A stretch of 63,284 bases of DNA, counting the filler, from Folioceros fuciformis (lineage: Eukaryota), in NCBI GenBank assembly GCA_049999805.1. It is 4 parts of 2 records of this genome, joined end to end, with 100 filler letters (N's around TTAATTAATTAA, not from the genome) between each part and the next. Parts side by side here need not be neighbours in the genome. Positions count along the whole stretch, not along the records: positions 1 to 23,010 come from JBNGIO010006379.1; 3 more parts are not named here. One strand, 5' to 3'. Positions 11,567 to 23,110 of the stretch are shown piece after piece (the first letter of the stretch is position 1; each line of letters starts with the position of its first letter). A model generated the notes under the pieces. It did no database searches, had not been told where the DNA came from, and worked only from the letters and a program-made list of their open reading frames with translations. The position numbers and the translations under genes were made by a program.

Positions 11567-12337
11567 TGGATACAACCACTTGGACAACTAAAACAAAACG
11601 GGCTGCAGTTTCCTATCCAGGCAAGAAACGCCGAGTGGGCATCACCGACGAGCAGCGCCACCAGGGTTCTGTGCACAGTAGCAGAGGGTCAGCTATGGGT
11701 GCAAGGATTCAGCCTGAATGGACAGCAAATGAGCAGCAGGATCCTCACCATATCTGACAATCAGCCGCCCGTCCTCAATGAACTCGCTTCCGGCATACAT
11801 AAGTTTGTCCATGCAATTTGGCAGGTACTTGAACGGAGATCAGGAACAAGTTGGGGCAGTCCATGTGCAATTCGGAGCTTGGAGTACGCCATCTCGAGCT
11901 CCTCCTCCAAGGTAGCTTGCGTCGTAGCAGCATCGCCACCAACACCAGGCAAAGACCAAGGAGGACTGATGTCTCCAGCTCGAGGCCAGCCATCACCCGC
12001 AGCTCGGGGAAACCTAACAGGAGACTGTGGTAATCTTAATGTGATGAAACTTAAGGGTGGTTAGGTGAAGAGTGTTATCAACATATTAAGAAATATAATT
12101 AATTATGTTAAGTCCGCTTACCATTTCATTAGGGTTACGTCTTTTGGCGAATAGACATACCTTTTTATATTAGTTTAAGTTGGACTTACCTGAACATATA
12201 TAGTAATTGTACTTGAAGTTTCTTGACAAGATGTAATTATTTAATATTTTATTATCTAATTAACCTGCACTAAATGCTTGAGTTTATGATAATGGAATCA
12301 AAGTCAAACAATGAATAAACAACTGTCTAAGTGGGAG

Positions 12338-12592
12338 TATAAATATAATAGAGTTAGGGTTAGGGTCGCATAATTATATAAATAGCCAGTGTTTATTAAT
12401 TAAGTCCAAACGATGGATAGCTATGGATGCGTCTAAGAGTCGTGTCCTAAATATTAAATGCCATGCTCATGGGGTCACCACGAATAGGTGCCCGCACGCC
12501 TTTTAAGGCTACACGGCCCTCAATCAAGCATTCTTTCTTTTCTTCTCTTCTTGCTTCCATCCCCTCCTTGTTCCATCCTGCAATCCGCTTCA
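12338..12592 (+). repeat. 3' LTR of copia element (255 bp)
   Basis: Direct repeat of 2202-2454, preceded by the PPT and followed by TSD ATGTT. Confidence 0.95.
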
Positions 12593-12743
12593 ATGTTGCC
12601 ACTGTAAGCGCTTGGTTACCCTCCTCTCACTTTACAAATCTTAGTGGAGTATTGTTGTGTCCTTTCTTGCCTCACATTGACAGAAACAAAAACCTTTTAC
12701 GCAAAGTTTTCCTCTCACATTTCATGTAGATTCTACTGCTAAC

Positions 12744-12855
12744 ATAATGCACAAATTGCACCTCTCTCCCTCATTGAAGAAGGCCCGAGTGAACCCAATA
12801 ATGCACAAATTGCACCTCTCTCCCTCATTGAAGAAGGCCCGAGTGAACCCAATAA
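12744..12855. repeat. 54-bp perfect tandem duplication
   Basis: ATAATGCACAAATTGCACC...GAGTGAACCCA at 12744 and 12798. Confidence 0.92.
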
Positions 12856-15368
12856 AATTGTGAGAATTTGGACTTTGCTAAGTTATGAAGTTAAGTGGGT
12901 TTTTGTTTTGGTTTTAATTTTTTCTTCTATTTCAATTTTGGACTCCCATGAGGAAGATGAATGACAAGTAGTGGAATGGACCATATAGATTCATAGATAT
13001 GGCCTAACCGGACCTTTCACAACTAATTGATGCACAAGAACGTGACGAGGAAGAGAGTGACCCACAAAATTGACGTGCACGACTCACGACCCGACTGCCA
13101 CTCTATCATGGGTTGATAAGGGGCAACACTGTGAGTGTCACCGTCTCTGGGCAGTTGAGGCATAGGCCGTAGTAGGTGATGATGTGGGGTAGAGACAAAT
13201 TTGTGCGAAGCCTTCATCGTCCTGTACAAGAGGGCCAAACATTCTCGAGTGGAAGAGTCGTCTTTAGTACCTACCCAGCAAGTTAAGTGAAATGTAGGAA
13301 GTAGTAGCGAACGATTGGTGGGGAAGGAACAACGATGAGGATGATCAAGCATGCTAGTAGAAAATTTTGGGGCTGTTCCATGATTGGTTAGATTTTGAAG
13401 CCACTAGAGCCCATTACTCTAGACATCCTCCTAATAGGGCTTCCAGCATACATTTTTTTTGTAAAAAATGTTGTCTCTATCTTTAATGACGGCCTAAGGC
13501 AGCTCATAAGCTAGGAGTATGAGTAGGCGCTAAATGTTGGCCCTCAAAGTGGATTTCTAGTTCTATGTGCAAATCCTTTGTTTTCATCCCTCCTCACCAT
13601 AGGCTTAGCTTGTGAATTACTACCTCAATGTTGGGGAAGTTCTACAAGGTATTTAGTCACATGGGGTGTGTGGGGGCTCTCACCATCACCCAATAATTCC
13701 ACCAACTAGGGTTTGTATGAGCTAGCTACATATTGGTGCTTGACAACAACTGCACATGCTCTTGGAGATAGACACAAAGTTATATGCAACGACAATGGGT
13801 AAGTGTGGCCGCTACATAGTGGATCCCAAGCCTGTTGGATTTCCAAACCATTATGAACGTACCTCTATCCACCATGCTATCAAGACTTGTAGGCCATGGG
13901 TAAGGCATTCTCCAAGTTTTTTAAGGTTTGTGCCAAGGCATACTACAGTATAGAAAGAATGGAGTTGATCTCCCTCTATCCTATATTGTGATGTTCTTTT
14001 GGCTTGGTCACCTTTGCAAATAGTTTCCCTTGCCAAGACATACCACAAGTCTCCCTCTATCCTAGACTATCATGTTCTTTTGGCTTAGTCATCTTTGTGA
14101 ATAGTTTCCCCTCTATTAGGATAGATAAGTTTTTCTATCTTTTTTTTCAAGAATGGCTCCCATGCATCCTGTCCCATAAACTATCCTACCCTAAACATTG
14201 TTCCCTCCAAGCAACAATTCATGAGCTTCACCTTCGTGTAGTAAACCATTTGCCTCTTGTCTCTTGTTGGGAGTTGCACCCCTCATTCAAAAATAAATCC
14301 TTGCATGTCTCTACAAACTCAACTCCAAACACCGGGACGGATAATAGTTGGGTTAAGGGTTACAATTCCATGGACTAAGAAACCCAAAAGCTGAAACCCA
14401 TTGGTAAACACATCCGCTTTAATTGAGCTGTATGGCCCTAAGGAGCAGATGGGTGAAGGGGTGGGCGGAGAAGCAGGGCCAGAAACATCGGTGCCCTGCG
14501 CTGGGAATAACAAGCTTGAGGAGCGCTGACCGATGACGCCTGGAACAACCACAAACAGTACGGTAGGCGGAATTCCAGCGGCGAGGGCAGGCTCCCGACA
14601 AGGGAGATGGGAAGATGCCAGCCACACAGAGTTAGAGAACCAATGGAAGAAGGAGGCGAGGGCGGGGCCGGCAATGGCCAGAGGCAGGCCATGCTCCCGA
14701 TAACGCAAAGCGATGAGGAAGGCCGGCATCGCATTGCATTGCATTGCGCTGCATTACGCGGTGCGCGGGAGGCTGGAGGCAGTGACCCGTCTTTCCGGGT
14801 TTGATCCCCCCTTTTCCCATTCCCGCCACTGGTAGCGCCAAACTAGGCGCATAACAGGCGGGCCCCGCCAGCTTATCCTTGCCGTGCCAGGCTTCCTGCC
14901 TGCCACATTCCTTCCCCTCCCTCGTTTTCATCCACTCTATCCTCATCATCGTGGGCCGTGGCAGTCCCACCGTGGCCCCCCGGGGTCGGGGACCACCGGT
15001 CCGTCGGGCCGGTCGCCCAAGGAAACGAAAAACCTGGCATGCGGATAGGTCACGTTCACACGCGGTAGTCGTGGGAGGGCATGATTGCTGCGGGCGTCTG
15101 TTGGCTTCCGGTCGTGGTCGGTATCGTCACCTGCGACGCCGGGGAAAGTCACAGCGTCGCCGCAAATATGCTGTCCGCATACGTATGTATGTACGCGCTT
15201 GTATATTGTATGGTGTATGAGTATGGAACCTCGTCGGCAAGAAGTTGTGCCGTTACAGCCCCATGGGATACGCCGGGGTGTTCGGGACGGTGCGGGGAGT
15301 TCAGGCTCGGTCCCAGACCTAGGTAGCTTCTTGTTGCTATGCTCCAAGAAGTTGGGGCCGGTTGCAAC

Positions 15369-15504
15369 AAACCCTAATTAACAGCCTCGGGCCGAGGCGG
15401 AGTGGCAGCGTGGCGGTCCAGGTGGCACGCAGGCTGTGCTGCCCGCGCACGGCGGGCAGCGCAGGCTCAGGCGCAGAGGCAAGGAGGCGGGGACTTTTCC
15501 CGCG
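15369..15504 (+). promoter_or_regulatory. Telo-box and E2F consensus site upstream of the TCX gene
   Basis: AAACCCTAA at 15369-15377; TTTTCCCGCG at 15495-15504. Motif match only. Confidence 0.45.
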
Positions 15505-15996
15505 CCCTCCTGCTTCCAAACTTCCCTCGCTTTCCTGCCTCCCTGCTTGCCTGGCTGGCTTGCTGGCCGCCCTGCTTCTGCCATCTCGTCTCTCCCTCGC
15601 CGCTCTGGGCGGCCTCTTCCGCCATCGACCACACTACACTGCCCTGCTACTACTCCACGGGCTCGCTGGGACGCCGGGCATCGCATCGCACTGCATCGTA
15701 GCCGTGTTTGCAGCTCCACGGCTCCCGGCCTGCTGCATTCTTTCTCCTGCGTTGCAATTGCGCCACGGATCCTGCACCTGGATGTCAGCTGCGGGGATGC
15801 CCGGCGCGGCCGCATTTCGGCTCGCCAGGGTTGCGGAGGTTGCCTTGGAGCTCCAGCTGGCATTGGCCCTGCAGGCGTCCCGTGCCGGGTTGGATTTCGG
15901 AGCCTTCGTTGCTGCTGCGCTGCCGCCGAGTTGGCGCTGATCCTATCCCGCCGTGAACCGGACGCCGGGCTCGGCTTAAGCATGGGATACTGAGGC

Positions 15997-18900
15997 ATGG
16001 ACTCTCCGGATAAAAGCCAGCGCATCATAGTTAGCGATGTGCAGGTGATTGGCCTTGGCTCGGGCTTGCTGTCTTCTTGTCCGTTGGGTTGGCCTTCTTG
16101 GAGAATTGCGGCACTGTGGGCTGGGGTGGTCCTGTTTTGTGGGTTTCTGGCTGGAATTGGCGCTATGTGGGTTGCTGCTTTCCTATTGATTTGTGTCGTG
16201 TTGTGGAGCGATGCCTCTTGCGGATCTGACATTGGGAAGAGCTCCAATTCGTGCATTGGACTCCTCTGCTTTCTGCTCTTGCTACGCAGCAGGGAACCCT
16301 AGCGGATTTCATGGCTGCCTGCATTGCGCGTGAATACATGTCGTGCTTCTCTGGTTTCTTGACCTTGGTGTTCGTGGAAAGCAGCTTCTCATGGCTTGTG
16401 GGGCTTAACCGTCTTGTGGGTGCAGGAATCGCCCTTTTATAAGTATCTGTGCGACCTGTCTCCAATCAAGCCAGCCAGACGAGTCCATGTTGCACAAACT
16501 TATTCTGAGCTGAGCTTGCCCCCTCCTCCTGCCGTCTTCTCTTCGCCTCCTCCTAACTCTCGAAAGTCGGCCAGTAGGTTGCGCAGGTATGACCTCTCTG
16601 TCTCTCTCTCTCTGGTAACTGCTGCCGCCTGATCCCTTAACGATCTCTGAACATGCATGTGCTGGTAGGGATGCTCACTGTTACTTCTGCTGGATCTGCA
16701 GTGGCTACGGCTTGGCCAAGACATCAGGGGCCTCAGCAGCCGAGACTGGGTGGGATGATAAGAACCGGCCGCCGTCCCCAGGAACTTTCAACGGAAAGCC
16801 ATCTGATGCAAATGCTGATTCACTGTACACCCGCCATCCTCGGGGCTATGTGCCGTCAAGCAGACCCCCACCGGATCAGAGCCATGGACCTCTCAACAAT
16901 GGTGCTGGAGCCACTGGTTTTATGGGCTCGCCATCCAGGGCTGAGGCGGGAGATGTGGAGTTGTATCTGGCAGATCCAGCCGATGGAGGGCTATATGCGG
17001 TCAGATCGTCAGAAATGCGTAACAGGACTTCTTCTGCCTCGGCTCTCACCTCAACCCTTCCCATTGGCTCCTCCTCTGAGGACGGGGACAAGTGCAGGAG
17101 AAAGGGAATGGTGAGTGCAGCCACTGAGGGCCTTGAGAAGCAAGATGGGCACGATGATCTGCACAACGATGGTGCAAGTGAAGCTAACGATGACGCATGT
17201 GGCTCTCAACGTTTCCACGCAAGGACTTCGGAAGAGCTGTCTCTGATGCTGGACGAGTTGGCAGCACGTCATGCGGACGAAACCACCTCCAGTGAAGTAA
17301 TGACACTCGGGCAGTCACCAGGGCCAGGAGCTATTGTCTGCGCTGTTGCTGATTCTGGAGCCAGCGGTGCCGGGGTCTCCATGGCTGTGGGCGATGAGGC
17401 ATCGGACTTCAGCTTTTTGACTGGAGCACACGACGGGGAAAGTCGTACCAAGCTTGTGCACACTTGGAGCGAGGATGGAGCGGATATTGTCGTCTCCCGG
17501 CTGCCACAGCGTCGCACTTCGGTCTTCCCTAGCAATTCTTCGGATCCTGAAGCCACGCAGGAACATGAACAGAAAATGCAGATGCAGGTATCTGATTTTG
17601 TGGCCTCCAATTCCAAACTTCCTTTAGAAGCCTTCCAGGATGGTATGTCACACGAAGGTATGCGATATGGGAATCTGCCTCAAGATAAAGAGCAAGTCCA
17701 GCAGCAACAGGTGCAGACCAACTGCAGAGTAAGATCCCTACAGTCCGTTTGTTGTTTGCAGCTTTTCTAGGATAGCTGTAGGCGCTAGTGAGTCTTAGCT
17801 GTGTTGTGTTGTGTACCTCAGGTAGCCGTAACTGGGCAAAGAGGCATAAGGAGGAGATGTCTTGATTTCGAGGCAGCAGAAGCACGAAGGAAGAGTATGG
17901 GTAGCAGCGCTTCCAGGAAATGCATCAATTCCAGGGCCAGGGAAGTTGCCTCCGGGGCATCATATCTAGCTTCGGGTGCCAGCATTCCACCTCAAGTCCT
18001 AAGCGATCGAGCAGGTTCGCAGTCAGATGCTACCAATAGTGGCCTGTGTTCACCTCACGAGACCGACATCCAGGCACATGGACCGGGAGCAGGACGTATG
18101 GATCTGCAAGTGAGCAACAAGGTGACCTCCGGAATGATGCGCATGTCTCGGTGCTCTTCGAGCAAGAGCAAGGAAGAGAAGAGCATTGTTGAGCCGTTGA
18201 GGGATGCTCTCAACTCTCCTATGTCCATCAGCATCCCCTCGGGCATTGGGTTGCATCTCAACAGCCTGGCAGGCAGCAGCGTATCTTTCAGCCCCTCCAG
18301 AGGATTCAACTGCAGCATGGGCATGTCGACAGCCTCTCTTCTTGGGCTCACCCCAATGTCGTCTCTCAGGGAAGATTCCACAGATACGTACGATCAGAGC
18401 CTGACCACCCCTGGAGTTTCGGGAGGAAGCATGTCCCTGGTTTCATCCGCAGCGTTTGCGTCAGCTAGCTGTCTGTCCGTGGTCGAGATCACGAGAGAAG
18501 AACAGCAGGATCTCAAGGTGAACGAGGCCAGCATTGTTGGGAATCTCAAATCAACCACCTGCTTCCGATCCCTCACCTTGGGTGTCAAGTCTGTGCAATC
18601 ACGGTATTCGTTGGAGGAGGGTACTGAGAGGAGAGGGAGCCCCAAGCGACTCCTGCCTCACCAGGAGCTTTTGCGACCGGCTGATCTGGACTTGTCTGAC
18701 GAATTTTTCGAGAGCCCTCGAAGTCCTAAGAAACGACGGTAGTTCACTTGTCCTACGCTGAACCGACTATCACTCCTGCATCTGCACTCAGCTTCTCTCT
18801 AAATGCTATTCTCGTCTGAAGTGAATTGTGTGCAACATTAACTTGGTGTTGGTGTGCAGGAAGTCTGCTGCTGTTGGGGAGAAGGCCTCGGAGGGTTGCA

Positions 18901-20946
18901 GGCGCTGCAACTGCAAGAAGTCTAAATGCTTGAAACTGTAAGTGAATGTCACAGGTCACTGAGATTTTTCTTTGCCAGCCAGGCTGGAAGTGGAGTGAAG
19001 GGTTGTTGACACTCACCTGACCTGACCGTTTCATGCACTCGGTACTGGCAGATATTGTGAGTGCTTTGCGGCAGGCATATACTGCGTGGGATCTTGCACT
19101 TGTCAGGATTGCTTTAACAAACCAGAATACGGAGATAAGGTGCTGGAAACTCGGCAGCTGATTGAGTCGCGCAACCCGCTTGCCTTTGCGCCTAAAATAG
19201 TCCATGGAAAGGACACGTCTCCAACATCCGCGGTATGTCAGCTCATCCATGCGAGCATTCCAACCGTCTTGCCTTTTCAAGATCTATCGTTCGGTGATGT
19301 GTGCCGGGGATGGAGGTGCTGATGTGGTGAGGATGTGGCGACGTGCAGGAAGAATTTACAGATACACCAGCCTCCGCCAGGCACAAGCGTGGCTGCAATT
19401 GTAAAAAGTCCTTGTGCCTCAAGAAGTACTGCGAATGCTTTCAGGTAACGAAATGCTTGTTTTACGCAGCGGCTTGAGCGAGAGCTAGCGTACGGGTTGT
19501 AGATGCATGTTGCTCTAATGTCTGATTAAGGGATATGTGTTTGGTGCAGGCTGGTGTGGGGTGCTCAGAAGGGTGTCGATGTGAAGGCTGCCAAAATGTG
19601 TATGGGAAGAAGGAAGGTGGGAAAGCAGGTCTTCCTTTGGCCGTGATGTGTGTGTAGGTGTGATTGCTTGGTTTTTGTTTACGAAGGTGAGGAAGATTGT
19701 GTCTTCTTGTGACGAGAAGTGTTTGTATGTTTCGTGATGAAGCCTGCTCATTCGTAATCACAGTCAGGCTAACAAAGGAGGATGTGGCGATGATGTATCC
19801 ATTCCAGCCTTTTCAGAGGAGCAAGAGGAGCATATGTCGCAAGAGGGACGCGACGAGAGCGAGGTGCAGGAGAACCACAGTTTGGGCAGGCAGCCGAGGT
19901 CAAGCAGCAGGGTGCGAGCAGCAGCGGCCAAGAAAAAGGGCCTGAAGGAAGTGGCAGCAGCAGCAGCAGCAGCAGCAGCAGTGGGGACTCCTTTGCCACT
20001 TAAGTCACGGTCCCCAGTGAAGCCTCCTCGATTGTCCAGAAGCTCCAACCCAAGGTCGAGTGCCGGTAGCGTCCGAAGCCTGGGCCTGTGCCCTAGCCAG
20101 CAGCAGCAAATGTCAAGGCCATCTCCCCAGATGCCCATGAGCTCCCCGAGCCATGTGTCCACCCCCGTGGCCAAGTCTAGAATTGCTATGTTGTCACCCC
20201 GGTGGGATGGGCTAGATGACATCTGTACCCTGACACCCCTCCCCCAGCCTCCTCTCAGACCCACCCCGGCGTCGGTGTCGACCCTCGATAACCGATGTGG
20301 TGCTTCCCCGTCCTTCAACAGGCAATGTCCGGAGCTTGCGAGCAGCTACAGCGGCAGCGGGGCCTCGGGGATAGAGGAGTCGTCCCCAGCCTTGAAGCAC
20401 CCGGACTTCCAGTCCTCTCCTGCAGCCAGATGTGCGTCTAATGTCACCACTGCCAGTGCCAGCCACTTCCAGTCCCCTCATCCGCAAACAAGTCCGGTGA
20501 GCATCCACCCAACTCCCCCCACCCCGTCCCTCTCTTCGTCCCAAAACACCTCCCTGGCAGGCAAGACCTTCTCTGACGCGGGCGTGGTTCCCGCCTACCT
20601 GTCCTTCGACTCTACAGAGGACCTCGACACGCCCGAGATTCTGCGCTACTCGGACGTTCCCCAGTCGCCGCAGGTTCTGACCAAGACCAGCTCTCCCAAG
20701 CAGATCAAGAGAGTCTCCCCGCCCCACTACGACGGAATGGGCAAGCAGTCTGAGCGCGGGTCCGGGCCCGGCTCCGCGAGCAGGAATCGGGTGATGTCCC
20801 CGGGCCCCAGCAACACAGCTGGTGGTACAGGGAGTGGGTCCCCGGGGCTTAGCAGCGGCCGCAAGTACATCCTGCAAGCCCTGCCGTCCTTCCCTTCCAT
20901 GACGCCATTTTCGTCCATACGGGGGGGCCACTTCAACAGTGGCTGA
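15997..20946 (+). CDS. Tesmin/TSO1-like CXC (CPP/TCX, LIN54-like) transcription factor, 9 exons
   Basis: Exons about 15997-16044, 16426-16586, 16702-17728, 17822-18738, 18860-18937, 19052-19232, 19349-19444, 19550-19616, 19817-20946 with consistent phases. Motifs [40 protein letters not shown], hinge [38 protein letters not shown]. Confidence 0.95.
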
Positions 20947-23010
20947 TGCATTAGCGTTTGCATTTGCACTTGCAGGAATCCAGCAGCTTCCAATTCCGAG
21001 CTAGCTAATCTAATATCTAACAAGCCGATGATGACAAGGGCGCGAGCAGCAGCAGCAGTATGCCTCTGGTGTGGGCAACGTCCGGGCTGGCCTTGGGAAT
21101 TTCCAGCGTAGACTAACATGTGGCCACAACAGTAAACTGCGTGTTGAATCATGTCATGCATCCAGGCCTAGCCTGTCAGATTCTATTTATCACATCTGTG
21201 TTTATGCATGGGTAAGAGATACTGAGCAGCTATTGCTGCAGGAGCCGCATGCGGCAAGCCATGTTTGTCCCGACCAGGCCTCGCACGCGCGTCATCGCCG
21301 CTGTCGATGACTGCCGGTGAGGGGTTAATATTGATGGACGCTCGTGTCAGCATGTGGCGACAGCGCAAGCGAGCGAGGAGGCGGACTCAATACAGCAGGA
21401 GTACGTCACTCTGGGACACCTACTGGGACACGAATCCGTATCCACGGCAGCCGGGGCGGGGCTTGGCTGTGCGCAACTACAGTTGGCATGACACCAGCGC
21501 AGGTTCACAGGTACTGCCACAGCCCACTTCCTCGATTGGCTCGGCTGGCCATGGCCTTTTTGGCCCGTTACAGCGTGCTCTGAAGACCAGACCCCAACTT
21601 GGAGAACTGGGTCCGACTTCCTGCTCGGTGCTCGGACCCTGCACCCGAATCTGCCCCGCTTCTTCTCTTTCTGGTACCAATGTTGGCACCCAACAGGAGA
21701 GCACCACCTGCTTTTCTTTCTGTTTCGCTGTAAGGACTCCAGCGAAACAGCAGTCCTTCCTCGCTTACCGTCCTCGCCAGCCCCGCAAGCCTACAGCGGA
21801 GCGCAGCCTACGGGCCTCTACACCCGCTTCGCAGGGGCTTCCCGTGTTTGCCTGTTAGCAGCAGCAGCGGCAGGAGGGTTCGCTAGGAGTCCTCGGCTCT
21901 ACTGGTTTGGTCCGACCTGGGGCCGGGTCGGGTCCCCCGCCACCCTCGGAATCAGCAACCACCGCGATAAAACCCTACCACTTCCTCGTCGTCCGCCGTT
22001 CGTGCTGTCTGGTTGCTTCCGTCCATGAACCCTGCCTCCAAGCATCTTGATGAAGTAATGAAAGATGCAGTGTGCTCCGCTGCCTTGAAGCCAGCCCTCG
22101 CTCTCGGGTTTGCATGGCAACAAAAGTAAGACAATATCAAACACAACTCCGATCGTCGGTGCACGCGCAACAGGACATTCTGTTGTGGCGAGGTTGAGGT
22201 GGAGACGAGTCGAGTTGAGAGGAGATGCGGCGCGGCTCACGATTTCCGGCATAGGATCGTGTGTAGATTTGGAATTGCCTGGATGACCGGTCTGTACCTC
22301 CGACTGCTACAGTGTGAACGCAGATGAGCGCGGTTTTGTGAGTAATAAAAGCCTTGCGGGGCGGCCTTGGTGGACAAGTATGCGACATGGATCATACATG
22401 GCTTTGCCTTGCCTTGCGGCCGTCCTAGGCCCGTCAAGCCCTAACTAAGCTCAAGCACATGCATGCCTGAAGGTAAAAGGCAAGAGCGCGCGTGTGAAAG
22501 GGGGCCAGGTAGGCGGACCGACGACGGGCGAGTGGCATGTATGTACATAACATTCCTACCCTAGAAAACCACCATTTATGGCGGGAAGGGGAAGGGAGAT
22601 TAGCAAGGCCATGGAGCTATCCTGATGCAGCAGCAAAGCATGAAGGAGGAGGGAAGGATGTGATCGCGAAATGGCGGGCCGTCACGTGCCATCCTCGTCC
22701 CTCGATTTGCGTGCCAGCCTAGCTTGGGCTTCACATCCACCAGACTCCGCCTCTCCCCTCCCTGCGCTGTGGCAAATCTGCGGCCTGGAACTCGCGCGCA
22801 CCACAAAGTGCAACCTGTCTTTCCCGCAGCCAGCGCCAGTTCCAGCGCCAGAGGCTAAGAGGAAAGCGCCAGCGGTTAAGAGGAACGCGCCAGCGGCTGA
22901 AAGGAAAGCGCCAATTCCACACTTCACCACTCTGTGACCAGTGCACACCACGACTCATGACTGCAGCCGCAGTAGCAGCCAGTCTGCATCGCAACAGCAC
23001 GGCGCTGTAG

Positions 23011-23110
23011 NNNNNNNNNNNNNNNNNNNNNNNNNNNNNNNNNNNNNNNNNNNNTTAATTAATTAANNNNNNNNNNNNNNNNNNNNNNNNNNNNNNNNNN
23101 NNNNNNNNNN
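23011..23110. other. Scaffold gap with artificial TTAATTAATTAA linker (also at 41044-41055 and 60816-60827)
   Basis: Same six-frame-stop 12-mer centred in N runs three times. Confidence 0.95.

Larger units (their letters stand above)
2202..12592 (+). mobile_element. Full-length decayed Ty1/copia LTR retrotransposon with nested insertion
   Basis: Direct-repeat LTRs 2202-2454 and 12338-12592; TSD ATGTT at 2197-2201 and 12593-12597; PBS; PPT AAGTGGGAG 12329-12337; gag-PR-INT-RT-RH order. Confidence 0.97.

Noticed and set aside
14319-16300. Many overlapping ORFs up to 292 aa
   Set aside because: GC-rich promoter/leader with few stops; no recognisable domain.
20212-20931. 239-aa antisense ORF
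   Set aside because: Shadow of the last TCX exon.
23055-23066. Recurrent palindrome TTAATTAATTAA
   Set aside because: Scaffolding linker inside N runs, not biological.
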